A DNA stretch of 63,895 nucleotides, the filler included, from Thraustochytrium aureum (Eukaryota): assembly GCA_012862495.1 (NCBI GenBank). It is 4 parts of 2 records of this genome, joined end to end, with 100 filler letters (N's around TTAATTAATTAA, not from the genome) between each part and the next. Parts side by side here need not be neighbours in the genome. Positions count along the whole stretch, not along the records: positions 1 to 27,596 come from BLSG01000316.1; 3 more parts are not named here. The stretch is one strand, 5' to 3'. Both the position numbers and the translations under genes were made by a program. Under the pieces are notes generated by a model. That model saw nothing but the letters and a program-made list of their open reading frames with translations, was not told where the DNA came from and searched no databases. The first letter of the stretch is position 1. Every line of letters begins with the position of its first letter. Of this stretch, positions 1 through 11,011 are shown in pieces.

Positions 1-1359
1 GGCGCGCCGGCAGTACTCGCGCGAATTGGTGGACGCTTCCTTGAACTCGCCGATGATGCGGCCCTCGATGCGGTGTTCGCGCGGATACGCAAGCACAGGT
101 GTGTCGGGGTCGTACGTGAACACGTACACGCTCCTCTGGTTTTCGGCCTCGTTGATCGCGCCAACCGCAAAATTTTGGTCGTCAGCAGCGACGTGGCGGC
201 CAAACATGAGGCCCTCTTCGACGTCAAAGGCGTAGGCGGTGTTGACGAGCGCCCAGGGGTCGCCCACATCCGCCCCAAATCCCTGGTAGATGCGGATGGC
301 GCCACCGTTTGCGGCGCGGTCCGAGTTTCTTGGCTCGCCAATAATGAACACGTCGCCTTGAAAGTCGAACGGGAGCTCATCAACAAAGTCTACCAAGGAA
401 ACGGGGCTGCTAACGGTAGCAAACTCGTGCAGTGGGCTCCATGACTTGTCCTCCAGTCGCCCGTAGACCCTTGTTTGAAGCAATGTCTGGGGGGCGCTCT
501 GATTCAAGGCGGAGGCGGGGACGTCGGCGACCACCAGGTTGCCGTTGGAGAAGATACCGACACGCAAGGCGACAGCATCCCCTTCCGGGGCTTCAATTGG
601 GTTTGAGCGCGCGTCGTCAAAGGGGAGTGATACCTTGGCCCAGTTTCCTTGCGAGTCCTGCTCGAAAACGCGGACGCCAGTAATGAGCTGGAAAGGGGAA
701 GTCTGGATACCGAGCAAACTGGCGGAGACGACGTTGCCGTTCACTGCGACGCTGAAGATAGTCTTCGAGGTGCCTTCATTGAACCCCGTGCTGATTACAT
801 CGGTTTCGATCCAAGCCCCATTCGTCTGCCGCTCGAACACCATGAGCTGCAAGCCTTTTGCATCGACCACGTTGTAGTCGGCCTCGGCAACAACGATGCG
901 TTGGCCCTGCACTTTGAACGCGAGCTCAATCTGCCCCGTTCGCGTGCTGTTCACCTTGCCGACGATGGCCCATTCGCCGCCGGGCTGTTTCTCATAGATC
1001 GTCCCAAAGCCCGGGAAAGGCACACTCGCGGAAGATCTGTAATGCGCGCCGACAACAATAGTAGAGCCACTCACAGATATCCCTTTTGGGAAGAGCGTCG
1101 CCTCCGGCGGTCTCACAAGCTCAACAGGCTCTCCAAAGCTGTTGATTCCCTCGCGCGTGTACACCAGTACCTTGCCAAACTTGCTCGGGGCGACTGCCTG
1201 CAACGCCACGACGACGACGTCGTCCGAGATCTCGATCGACTTGCCACCCGCAAACTTCTCCGAGAACGGCCCGAGCCGAGCCAGCTCGAACGCCCCAAGC
1301 GCAGAGTTTGCAAGCACGACCAGCACGACAGCAAGCGCCAGCACGGCGCGTGGCATCAT
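1..1359 (-). CDS. Secreted FG-GAP/integrin-alpha-like beta-propeller protein, possibly followed by a PAN/apple-like module (3' end runs off the window)
   Basis: Not in the ORF track. Manual translation from ATG 1359 is open for 453 codons: signal peptide MMPRAVLALAVVLVVLANSALGA, then blades such as ISVSGSTIVVGAH...IYEKQPGGEW, GDVFIIGEP...GAIRIY and FGRHVAADDQNFAVGA...SVYVF. It ends REYCRRA at the window edge. Confidence 0.7.
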   Translation of the reverse strand, partial: MMPRAVLALAVVLVVLANSALGAFELARLGPFSEKFAGGKSIEISDDVVVVALQAVAPSKFGKVLVYTREGINSFGEPVELVRPPEATLFPKGISVSGSTIVVGAHYRSSASVPFPGFGTIYEKQPGGEWAIVGKVNSTRTGQIELAFKVQGQRIVVAEADYNVVDAKGLQLMVFERQTNGAWIETDVISTGFNEGTSKTIFSVAVNGNVVSASLLGIQTSPFQLITGVRVFEQDSQGNWAKVSLPFDDARSNPIEAPEGDAVALRVGIFSNGNLVVADVPASALNQSAPQTLLQTRVYGRLEDKSWSPLHEFATVSSPVSLVDFVDELPFDFQGDVFIIGEPRNSDRAANGGAIRIYQGFGADVGDPWALVNTAYAFDVEEGLMFGRHVAADDQNFAVGAINEAENQRSVYVFTYDPDTPVLAYPREHRIEGRIIGEFKEASTNSREYCRRA

Positions 1360-2231
1360 CCTGGCCACCCCCGCTGCCTGCCGAGTCTGTTCTTCTCTCG
1401 CCCTTCTTCGGCGCTTTCAGGGCCGGTCGTCCAGCGTTCGTTGTCCAGCTCGGCGTCGTCCTTGCCGCTTCGGGGTCTGCAGCCTGCAAGCCAGCCAGCG
1501 CCACGGCGCGCTGCATAGCCTAAGGTACCCATAAAAAACAACAAAAAACCATGTTCGTAAGCTTAGCTCGAGGAAGCTTGTGCTCCACAACGAGGAAGGA
1601 ACGTGGCAAGCTCAAGTCTCGGCAACCTCGTCCAAGTTCCTCCCTTGCGCTGGCTGGCCTTCTCTCTTGCCCAGTGGGCACGCGTCGTGGTACATCTTCA
1701 AGGGCTGCGGCAGCACCACGATCTCCCTCCACTGGCATCTCCCAACATTGCCAGTTGCGATCCACTTGGTTGGGGCAAGAGCAACTCGAAGAAGGAGGGA
1801 GGATCCGACTTGGTTGGAGCGAGTGGAGCTCGTGCGTGTGTGCAAGCACATCTTGCTTTGCCCCTCTGCGTAGCGACACCAAAGAGCCTGGCGCTGCTTG
1901 CTTGCTCGACTCGCCAGCGCGAGGCGTTCTTCCCGTTTCCTCAAGCTCTGCAGTGAAGTAAGTAGGTCGTGTGCCTGCTCGTGCGGTGGGTAAGGCGCAA
2001 GTAGAGGATGGGGTCGGGTAAGTACGTGCGCACACTGGCACGCATTCCCTGCTACTCCATTGAAATCAACTGCCGACAGTGCTTGCTTGCACCATCATGG
2101 GTCATCAGCGATGCTTTCGAGATCGGCTAGGCTTGTTTTCGCTCTCGAACTATTCGGACGGGATTGGCCAAGCGCGGGCCAGCGGCAGGGCTTTGTGCAA
2201 GACCTGCGCCGTCGAGAGCAAGTTGAGAGCG

Positions 2232-3850
2232 TCACTTTCCAGCGGCCACTGGCGTTGCCACCTTGCTGAGCGCTTGATCGAGGTCGGCAAGGATGTCGTG
2301 CAGCGACTCGATTCCGATGCTGAGGCGCACAACGTCGTCGCCAGCGCCGGCCGCTGCGCGCGCCTCGTCAGAAAGCTGGCGGTGAGTCGTGGAGCCAGGG
2401 TGGAGGACCAGGCTGCGAGTGTCGCCGATGTTCGCAAGGTGACTGAACAGCTGGCACGACTCGACAAAGCGGACGCCGTCCTCGAATCCCCCCTTGAGCC
2501 CAAAGGTGAACACCGAGCCGCCCGGCCCGCGAGGCATGTACTTGCGCGCGCGCTCAAAGTAGGGACTCGACTCGAGGCCCGCATACGAGACCCAGGACAC
2601 CTTTGGGTGGGCCTGCAGAAAGCGGGCCACCTCGGTCGCATTGGCGACGTGCCGGTCCATTCGCAGCGGAAGCGTCTCGACGCCTGCGGTGGTCAAAAAG
2701 GCGTTCATCGGCGCCATGCAAGGCCCCAAGTCGCGCAGCCCAACGGCGTGCAGGTTTACGGTGAGCGCGAGCTCGCCAAAGGTCTCGAAGAAGACGAGCG
2801 AGTGGTAGGCCGGCTCCGGCTTGGTGAGAGAAGGGTACTTTTCCACGTCCTTGGCCCAGTCGAACGTGCCAAGGTCGACAACGCAGCCACCCAGCGCATT
2901 GCCGTGGCCGCTGAGATGCTTGGTGGTGCTGTGCACGACGATGTCGGCCCCAAAGTCCTTGGGCCGGCACAAGTACGGCGTCGCCATGGTGTTGTCGATG
3001 ATGAGAGGGACGTGCACCGATTTGGTCACCGCAGAGAGGTATTCGAGGTCAGAAACGATCCCGCCGGGGTTGGCCAGACTCTCGGCCCAGAGCAGCCGGC
3101 AGCGCGGGTGAGCGAGCTTGGCCTCTACGTCAGCCTTGTCCTCGAGGTCCACAAAGTCCACGTGCCAGCCAAACTTGTCCCCAAACTGCTTGAACTGCGC
3201 GATGCTGCCACCGTAGAGGTTGCGGGAGGCCACGAAGCGGTCCCCCGGGCGGAGCAAAGTGAAAAGGACGAGGAGTTGAGCCGCGTGGCCGGAGGCTGTG
3301 CAGGTGCCTCCCACGCCGCCTTCAAGCGCGGCAATCTTTTCCTCGAGTGCGGCGACGGTGGGATTGCCAAGCCTGCTGTAAATGTTGCCAAAGCTCTGCA
3401 GGTTGAAGAGGCCTGCGGCGTCGTCGACATCCTGAAAAACAAAGGAAGAGGTTTGATAGATCGGGGTGATGCGCGCCCCGGTCTCGGCGTCGGGGGTTTG
3501 CCCGCTGTGCACGCACTTTGTCTCGAACCCAGTAAAGGCCAGCTCGGCGCCCAACGAGGGCCCTGCTCGCCCCGCTGGGAGCCGCTTGCTGGTGATGCGC
3601 TTGCTGTCGAAGCCGTGCCAGCCAAGCTCCCCAAACAGGCGCGAGAACTCGATCTTGGGGCACCGATCCATGACCACGCGGAGCCCGTGCGACTCGCACA
3701 GCTCCCGGGCGCGCTCATTTCGCACGGTCAGCTGCATCCAGACCACGCTGATCCCCTTGGCCTCTGCGAGAGCGACGGCCTGCTCTGCAACGCCCATGGC
3801 CGCGTCCGATCCGCGAAAAATGTCCACCATGTCGATCGAGCCGGGGACGT
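2232..3850 (-). CDS. metY: Fusion of a YccU-like CoA-binding domain (partial, start in gap) and O-acetylhomoserine aminocarboxypropyltransferase (MetY/Met17 type)
   Basis: IDMVDIFR...VWMQL...VVMDRCPKIE (CoA_binding_2 motifs) is in frame with PIYQTSSFVF, GNIYSRLGNPT, IIDNTMATPYL, the PLP-lysine motif VVHSTTKHLSGHG and FSHLANIGDTRSLVLHP. Confidence 0.9.
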
Positions 3851-4460
3851 NNNNNNNNNNNNNNNNNNNNNNNNNNNNNNNNNNNNNNNNNNNNNNNNNN
3901 NNNNNNNNNNNNNNNNNNNNNNNNNNNNNNNNNNNNNNNNNNNNNNNNNNNNNNNNNNNNNNNNNNNNNNNNNNNNNNNNNNNNNNNNNNNNNNNNNNNN
4001 NNNNNNNNNNNNNNNNNNNNNNNNNNNNNNNNNNNNNNNNNNNNNNNNNNNNNNNNNNNNNNNNNNNNNNNNNNNNNNNNNNNNNNNNNNNNNNNNNNNN
4101 NNNNNNNNNNNNNNNNNNNNNNNNNNNNNNNNNNNNNNNNNNNNNNNNNNNNNNNNNNNNNNNNNNNNNNNNNNNNNNNNNNNNNNNNNNNNNNNNNNNN
4201 NNNNNNNNNNNNNNNNNNNNNNNNNNNNNNNNNNNNNNNNNNNNNNNNNNNNNNNNNNNNNNNNNNNNNNNNNNNNNNNNNNNNNNNNNNNNNNNNNNNN
4301 NNNNNNNNNNNNNNNNNNNNNNNNNNNNNNNNNNNNNNNNNNNNNNNNNNNNNNNNNNNNNNNNNNNNNNNNNNNNNNNNNNNNNNNNNNNNNNNNNNNN
4401 NNNNNNNNNNNNNNNNNNNNNNNNNNNNNNNNNNNNNNNNNNNNNNNNNNNNNNNNNNNN

Positions 4461-4802
4461 NAGGAGAAGCGGGGCAAGAAAGCCGCCGTGTCGAACATGA
4501 CGCCCGAGGAGCGCTTGGCGGACCGGCAGAAGCGGCGGAGGCGCTCTAACAAGGACACCTACATGCCACCGTTTCAGCACTATACCGTGGTGGTGCACCC
4601 CAACGGCGCTACCTCGCTCATGCCCTTTTCCCACCCCCAGGGCTGGCCCAAGCTCGTGCTGCAAGTTGACCCAACCAACCACCCGGCGTGGGCTTCGAAG
4701 CGAGAGCGCAAGGCTTTGATGAAGCAGGAGGCGGAGCAAAAGGCGGCTGGCGTGGAGAAGGCCCGATTCCGCGAGATGTTCGGCAAGCGCAAGCTGAAGT
4801 AG
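4461..4802 (+). CDS. Probable mitochondrial ribosomal protein bL31-like (5' end in gap)
   Basis: TVVVHPNGATS...LVLQVDPTNHPAW...RFREMFG resembles the alphaproteobacterial L31 pattern (LDIDPxxHPAW...RFxxxF). Basic composition. Confidence 0.6.
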   Translation, partial: XEKRGKKAAVSNMTPEERLADRQKRRRRSNKDTYMPPFQHYTVVVHPNGATSLMPFSHPQGWPKLVLQVDPTNHPAWASKRERKALMKQEAEQKAAGVEKARFREMFGKRKLK

Positions 4803-5095
4803 TAGACGAATTTCTCCCAAGCAATACAATAAGCCTGCGGTACCGTTCGCGTTGAGCCTACCGTTCGCGTTTTCTTTCTAACGAACTAAAGCTACAGAAA
4901 GAACGGGGTTTGTCGGCGAGCCCCGGGCTGCCGAGCGGCCCGGCCGGCCACGCGCCACGCGCCACGCGCACGGCGGGCCACGAAATCAGTTCTAGAATAC
5001 AGTCGGTGCGCTTGCGAGGCTCCCGGCGGATCGAGCGACCCGCCTCTGGAGCAGGGCGAGGCGTTGCGCGCGGCAACCACTAGAGGTCGCCCGCG

Positions 5096-6025
5096 TCAAA
5101 AGAATCTGGAAAACAGGGAGGCGACGCGCCTGACGAGCGCCTGCCACAGTGAGGGCGGAGACTGGCGCTCTGCCGGTTCTGCCGAACCCAGAAAGTAGGC
5201 GTACAAGTACGAGTCGTAGTACTGGCCGCTGATCTTGTAAAAGTCCAGGCAAGTGCTAAGCCTCTGGAACCCGTGCCGCTCGTAGAAGGAGATAGCGCCT
5301 TCGTTGTAGCAGATGACGTGAAGGTAGACGACGCCGCAGCGCGCGTCGGCGGCCGCAGACTCGATGGCTTCCGCGAGCAGTTTGCTGCCGACGCCCTGTC
5401 GCCGGCAGCTCTCGTCGGTAGCCAAGGTGAGCACGTAGCACCCGTGCGTGTATCCCTGCAAGACGGAGGCGCGCGAGAGGAGGGGCTGCTCCGCGTCGTC
5501 GCGGTCGAGGAACCTCACCTGCGCAGTGATCGCGCCCACCAGCACGACCTCCCGGCCCTCGACCACCTCATTCCCGTCGTCGTCCACGTCAAACAAGTCG
5601 CGCTTCCGGCCACGCGCGCTCGTCGCCGCCGCGTTGCCGATTGCGCTGGGCCTGATCGCGACGTCCTCTGTGGACAACGCACCCGGCCCAGCCCGCCTAC
5701 GGCGCGCCGCGCAGGTGATCAGCGGAAGGCCCATGTACTCGCGGCGCGCCACGTCCGCGTAAAACTTGTTGTTGTAGTGCACTGGAAAGCAGACTGCGTG
5801 CAGGTCTTTCAGTTCGTCCAAGTCGTCCGCACAAATGAGACCGTACTCTAGCTCTTGCGCCTCATCCGCGCCAATCAGAGCGCCCTTCTGCATCGGTGCC
5901 CCAGCCCTCCTCGCCGTCTGCCGATTTCTCGTCCATCTGGCCGATGTGGACGCGCACAGAAAACTCGTCTGCATTTGCATCGAGCGAGTTGGACTTGTGT
6001 GCCCCCTGCTGGCGTCGAGCGCCAT
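5096..6025 (-). CDS. NAA60: N-alpha-acetyltransferase 60-like GNAT acetyltransferase
   Basis: LHAVCFPVHYNNKFY, YVLTLAT..CRRQGVGSKLL, VYLHVICYNEGAISFYERHGF, DFYKISGQYYDSYLY, plus the C-terminal amphipathic helix SLWQALVRRVASLFSRFF. Start codon uncertain. Confidence 0.75.
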   Translation of the reverse strand: MALDASRGHTSPTRSMQMQTSFLCASTSARWTRNRQTARRAGAPMQKGALIGADEAQELEYGLICADDLDELKDLHAVCFPVHYNNKFYADVARREYMGLPLITCAARRRRAGPGALSTEDVAIRPSAIGNAAATSARGRKRDLFDVDDDGNEVVEGREVVLVGAITAQVRFLDRDDAEQPLLSRASVLQGYTHGCYVLTLATDESCRRQGVGSKLLAEAIESAAADARCGVVYLHVICYNEGAISFYERHGFQRLSTCLDFYKISGQYYDSYLYAYFLGSAEPAERQSPPSLWQALVRRVASLFSRFF

Positions 6026-6740
6026 TACGCGGCCAGCCGCGCGGCCGCGCGCCACCGCACGGGTCTGCTACCGAACTATCCCCGCGCGGCGAGCCGCGCG
6101 GCGTCCCAGCTTCGCGGCGTCCCAGCCCGGTTGCCAGCCCGACTCGGTGCGATGGAGGTTTGGTTGTCTTCCCCGTTCACCTGCAGATCGCGGGGGCAAA
6201 AAGTGGGGCGCGCCCCCAGCTCCCTCGCCAGTACCCAGTGGACGCCGGTTCGCTATCCAGAGCGCAGAGCGCGGTCGCTGGGCTGCAGGGGCGGAAAGCG
6301 CACAGGCGGCCCTCGCGCCGCTCTGCGCGCTCCTCGCTCGCCGTTTCTCGGCGGCAACTGGTCCTCCTTTCTCGCACAATACTGGGCGTGAGGATACACC
6401 GAAGCGGGGCCTGCCTGCGAGGCCGCCTCGAGCTAGAGCGAGGCCGTCGTGGGCTCGTCGGGTCCGTGCGCGGCGCTGCGGTGGGTAGCGGTGCCGCTAA
6501 GTGAGTACCGGTGAAGGCATCATCACCGTTGCCGGGGCTTTTGCCAAGGAGCTTGCTTTTGCCTGTCTCGCTTGAGCCAGCGAGCTGACCGCGAGCGCAC
6601 GGGTACACAAGGCGGACACAGGCGCGCCACTGCCGCCTGTCTGTCGGGGCTCGTGGTGCGACTCGCGGCCCGTGCGAAACACCGTCCCACGGGTGCCAAG
6701 GCGCCTTGTCGAGACCGACCACGGCTGGAGGCCTCACCAA

Positions 6741-6840
6741 CGACTGGAGGCCTCAGCTGGGTCTCACCGACAACTGGAGGCCTCAGCTGGGTCTCACCGA
6801 CGACTGGAGGCCTCAGCTGGGTCTCACCGACGACTGGAGG
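6741..6840. repeat. 30-bp tandem repeat, about 3.3 copies
   Basis: CGACTGGAGGCCTCAGCTGGGTCTCACCGA at 6741, 6771 (one mismatch), 6801 and partially at 6831. Confidence 0.95.
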
Positions 6841-8363
6841 TCTCGAGGTCTCTTTAGCTACAGCCTGCTCGTTGTGCACCATGGGAGCTCGCACGAGCTC
6901 CCTCGTCGTTGGCGCCTCTGGCATGGGCGTGGAGCTTCAAGCAGGTGGGAGGCGCGAGCGCCGCCAGCCCGACAGCGAGAAATGACACTCATCACGGGAC
7001 TCGCTCGCCCCTTCGAGACCTCGGCCCTGCCATGAGCGACGCGACGGGGGCGGGGGCGAAAGTGGCGCGCGCCTTCACTGCCTCCACTGGACTCGCCGCA
7101 GCCCGATGAGAGCGAAGCCCGAGGCACGCCCTCCTCTGCCGCACGATGGACTCGGCGGAGCAGCTGAACTGCAGGCAAGTGGGTGGGTGAGAGGCTGTCA
7201 TCATGGCGAACGCACGCACTCACTCACCCACTCACTCACCCACTCACGCCCGCCCGCCAGAGGATGCTCTCCGAGTCCTCTCGCCGTAGAGTCCGTGTCG
7301 ACTCGGAGAGTGGTACTCACTCACTTAGCAGAGTAGNNNNNNNNNNNNNNNNNNNNNNNNNNNNNNNNNNNNNNNNNNNNNNNNNNNNNNNNNNNNNNNN
7401 NNNNNNNNNNNNNNNNNNNNNNNNNNNNNNNNNNNNNNNNNNNNNNNNNNNNNNNNNNNNNNNNNNNNNNNNNNNNNNNNNNNNNNNNNNNNNNNNNNNN
7501 NNNNNNNNNNNNNNNNNNNNNNNNNNNNNNNNNNNNNNNNNNNNNNNNNNNNNNNNNNNNNNNNNNNNNNNNNNNNNNNNAGTAGCGCTCACTCTTTCTT
7601 CTTCCCTCGCTTCCTCAGGGCCCGGCCGCAGCGGCACAGGCACGAGCCTAGATCGGCGGTGGCAAAACGACACCTTGTGAAGCTGTAATTCCGCACGTGT
7701 ACCATAGCGCAGGCTGGCCCCCCGGCGGCGCCGCACTGGCGCGTTTGCCGTAGACAGAAACACATCCGCGGTCCCCGCCTGAACCCGCGTAAGCTGGCCA
7801 CCGGAGTTGGCCGCTGTGCGGAGTGCCTTGCTGGGCCCTTGTGAGGGGACCCACAGTGCCACCTCCCCGGCCCACAAGCACTCGCGTAACCCCCGCGGAA
7901 GCGCCGCCGTCCGCCTCCTCGCAAACCCGCGTCGTCTACGAGGGCAGCGTGACGTGACAGAGGGGGCCGCTGTGACGTGGCCTGGCAGGGGCGGCGCGGA
8001 CTCGGGAGGTCGACGCGAGTGGCGCGCTGGAGGCGTGAATTAATTAGTTGTACGAGCACGAGGGAGGGCGGAGGACGCCTGCCTGCCTGCGTGCCTGCCT
8101 GCCAGCAGTCACCTTGCGCGCGAAAGCGAGCGGCGGCAGAGCAAGAGCTGCAGCGCGGACGGCGAGGGAGGGCGCCCGCGAGCCGTGGGCAGAGCGATCG
8201 CGCGCCGGTCTTTCCCTGCGGCGCCCGCAGGCTCGAGCGGCAGGTTGGGTCAAGGCGAATTGAGAGACCGGCAGACCGGTCTGCATTTCGTCGTGCCAAC
8301 GCGGCGCGAGCGAGCTAGGGCGAGCGAGCGGCGGGCAGGCGGCGAGAGCGTCGCAAGGGCAGG

Positions 8364-10609
8364 ATGAGCTACTTTATGACAAAGCTGCTCGAGCGGCAGA
8401 ATGGCGTGGACGACCTCACGATGATGACCGGGACCGGCGTGGAGGCCATCGTGGCGCAGCTCGGATACAGGCTGGACCGCAACAAGATCTACACGTCGAT
8501 CGGCGACGTGCTGGTCGCCGTCAACCCGTACCGCGTCCTCCCCATCTACGGGCCGGACCACGTGCGCATGTTCCAGACGTCCTCGGGAGAGTCGACGCCG
8601 CACATTTACGCCCTGGCAGAGCGTGCGTACCGCAACATGACGGAGATGAACCGGCCGCAGGCAGTCATCATCTCTGGCGAGAGCGGCGCCGGCAAGACAG
8701 AGTCGGCCAAGCTGTTCCTCCACTACGTCTCGAGCGTGTCGGGCTCCTCCGGGGTCTCGCAGCAGATGAAGCAGATCATCCTGCAGTCCAACCCGCTCCT
8801 GGAGGCCTTCGGAAACGCCAAGACGGTGCGCAACAACAACTCGTCGCGGTTCGGCAAGTACCTGGAGCTCAAGTTTAACGCGACGGGCGAGCCCGTGGGA
8901 GGCATCACCTCCAACTTCCTCCTCGAAAAGACCCGCGTCACGTTCCAGGGCAAGAAGGAGCGCAACTTTCACATCTTTTACCAACTCCTGGCGCACGTCG
9001 GCGGCGGGGGCATGCCCGAGCTCGCCCAGCAGTGCCAGATGGGCTCGGCCAGCGACTACGCCTACACGGCAAAGTGCACCAACGTGGACGGCATCGACGA
9101 CCGCTCCGACTTCCAGGAGGTCCTCGGCGCCATGAACACGATCGGCATCCCCCCGGACCACCAGTGGTACATCATGACCAGCCTCGCCGCCATCCTGCAC
9201 CTCGGCAACTTTCAGTTTCGCCGCGGCGGGGCCNNNNNNNNNNNNNNNNNNNNNNNNNNNNNNNNNNNNNNNNNNNNNNNNNNNNNNNNNNNNNNNNNNN
9301 NNNNNNNNNNNNNNNNNNNNNNNNNNNNNNNNNNNNNNNNNNNNNNNNNNNNNNNNNNNNNNNNNNNNNNNNNNNNNNNNNNNNNNNNNNNNNNNNNNNN
9401 NNNNNNNNNNNNNNNNNNNNNNNNNNNNNNNNNNNNNNNNNNNNNNNNNNNNNNNNNNNNNNNATCTTCGACATGATCATCGCCCAGCTCAACCAAGTCA
9501 TGCACACCGGCCAAGGCCAGCACGGCCGCACCATCGGCATCCTCGATATCTACGGCTTTGAGATCTTTGACCAGAACGGCTTCGAGCAGCTGTGCATCAA
9601 CTACGTCAACGAAAAGCTCCAGCAGATCTTCATCGAGCTCACCGTGCGCGGCGAGCAGCGCGAGTACCACGAGGAGGGCGTGCCCTGGCGCGACGTCGCC
9701 TTCTTCGACAACAAGGTGGTCTGCGAGCTCATCGAGGCGGGCAACCCGCCCGGCATCATGCGCATCCTCGACGACACCTGCCGCACGCTGCATGCCACCG
9801 ACCCGGAGACTGCAGACTCAAAGTTCATCGAAAAACTGCAAATGTCCAACGTCAGCTCCAACCCGCATCTCCGCATCCTCGGCGGCACCTCGAGCTTCAC
9901 GGCGGGCTTCACCATCAAGCACTACGCTGGTGACGTGACGTACTCGGTCCAGGGCTTTTGCTCCAAGAACACCGACTCGCTCTTTTTCAGCCTCATCAAC
10001 TGCCTCAAGGCGAGCCAAAATCCGTTTGTCCGCGCGCTCTGGAGCCAGGACGACGTGGCGGCGCGCCAGCCCCCGACCTCGAGCCAGAAGATCCGCGGCT
10101 CGTGCTCAGCGCTCGTGCAGTCGCTCATGCGCTGCAGCCCTCACTACATCCGCTGCATCAAGCCGAACGAGCAAAAGCGCCCCATGTTCATCGAGGAGAA
10201 GCGGGTCGTGCACCAGGTCAAGTACCTCGGGCTGGTGGAAAACGTCAAGATTCGCAAGTCGGGCTACTCGTACCGCGCCGACTTTCACACCTTTCTCACC
10301 CGCTTCCACATGCTCTACCCCGGCCAGCTCTCAGGTGGGATCGACGGCTGCCGAGCGCTTTGCCAGCACATCTCAAAGTCTCACTCGTCTGACGTGCCAA
10401 TGAGCGAATGGTGCTTTGGCCGCTCCAAGGTCTTCATCTCCAGCCCGCCCACGGTCTTCCTTCTCGAGGAGTTTCGCGAGCAGGCCATGGATCCCAAGGG
10501 CTACGCAGAAAAGGTCAGGGAGCACGAGAGGATGGAGCAGGCCGCGCTTCGCCAGGAAGCTACGGTGTCCAAGCGCACCGGCGGCGGTGGTTGCTGCGTA
10601 ATCTCGTAG
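8364..10609 (+). CDS. Class I-like myosin, motor domain only, ending in a CAAX motif (internal gap 9234-9463)
   Basis: GVDDL N-terminus, P-loop GESGAGKT, NPLLEAFGNAKTVRNNNSSRFGK, DIYGFE, CINYVNEKLQQ, HYIRCIKPN, QVKYLGL, converter FGRSKVFISSP, C-terminus GGGGCCVIS-stop. Confidence 0.93.
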
Positions 10610-11011
10610 GCTTTGGTGATCTGCACCTTGAGCCGATTGCTGCGGCATCCACCCCGTGGACCAGTCGAGGTGTTGGCGATTCCGTCGCGTCCCGATCTTG
10701 TCGCTCCGGCGTTTGGTCTGTCGGACGAGTCGGCTGGGCTTTGGACAACGACTATCAAGTTGTTATTGTTGGACTGGACAACCACCATCAAGTTGTTATT
10801 GTGTGTTTTGTGTTGAGTTTCACAGCATAAGCGTCTTCTTTTTACTTCGTTACTTGGAAAAGGCGTTGGGAGCCCGCTCCCACGGTACAAAGGCGGTTCG
10901 AGCCCTCCTCCTTGATCGGCCGCTGGCGCCTGCTTTTGTCGCAGCAGGGCGCACCAACCTTCTTTTTTTTTCGACAATACCTACGGACGGATCCTTCCCA
11001 GTGGCTGGCGC

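Noticed and set aside
1520..2041. Several overlapping short ORFs between the propeller gene and metY
   Set aside because: No recognisable motif or preferred frame; treated as intergenic.
2079..3850. Long + strand ORF opposite metY, and similar antisense ORFs (649-1518, 8250-9200, 21750-22853, 28595-30010, 44253-45167)
   Set aside because: These are shadow frames expected from high-GC codon bias, with no motifs, opposite well-supported genes.
6741..6840. 30-bp repeats as a CRISPR array
   Set aside because: Units are directly adjacent with no unique spacers, no cas genes are present, and the context is eukaryotic.
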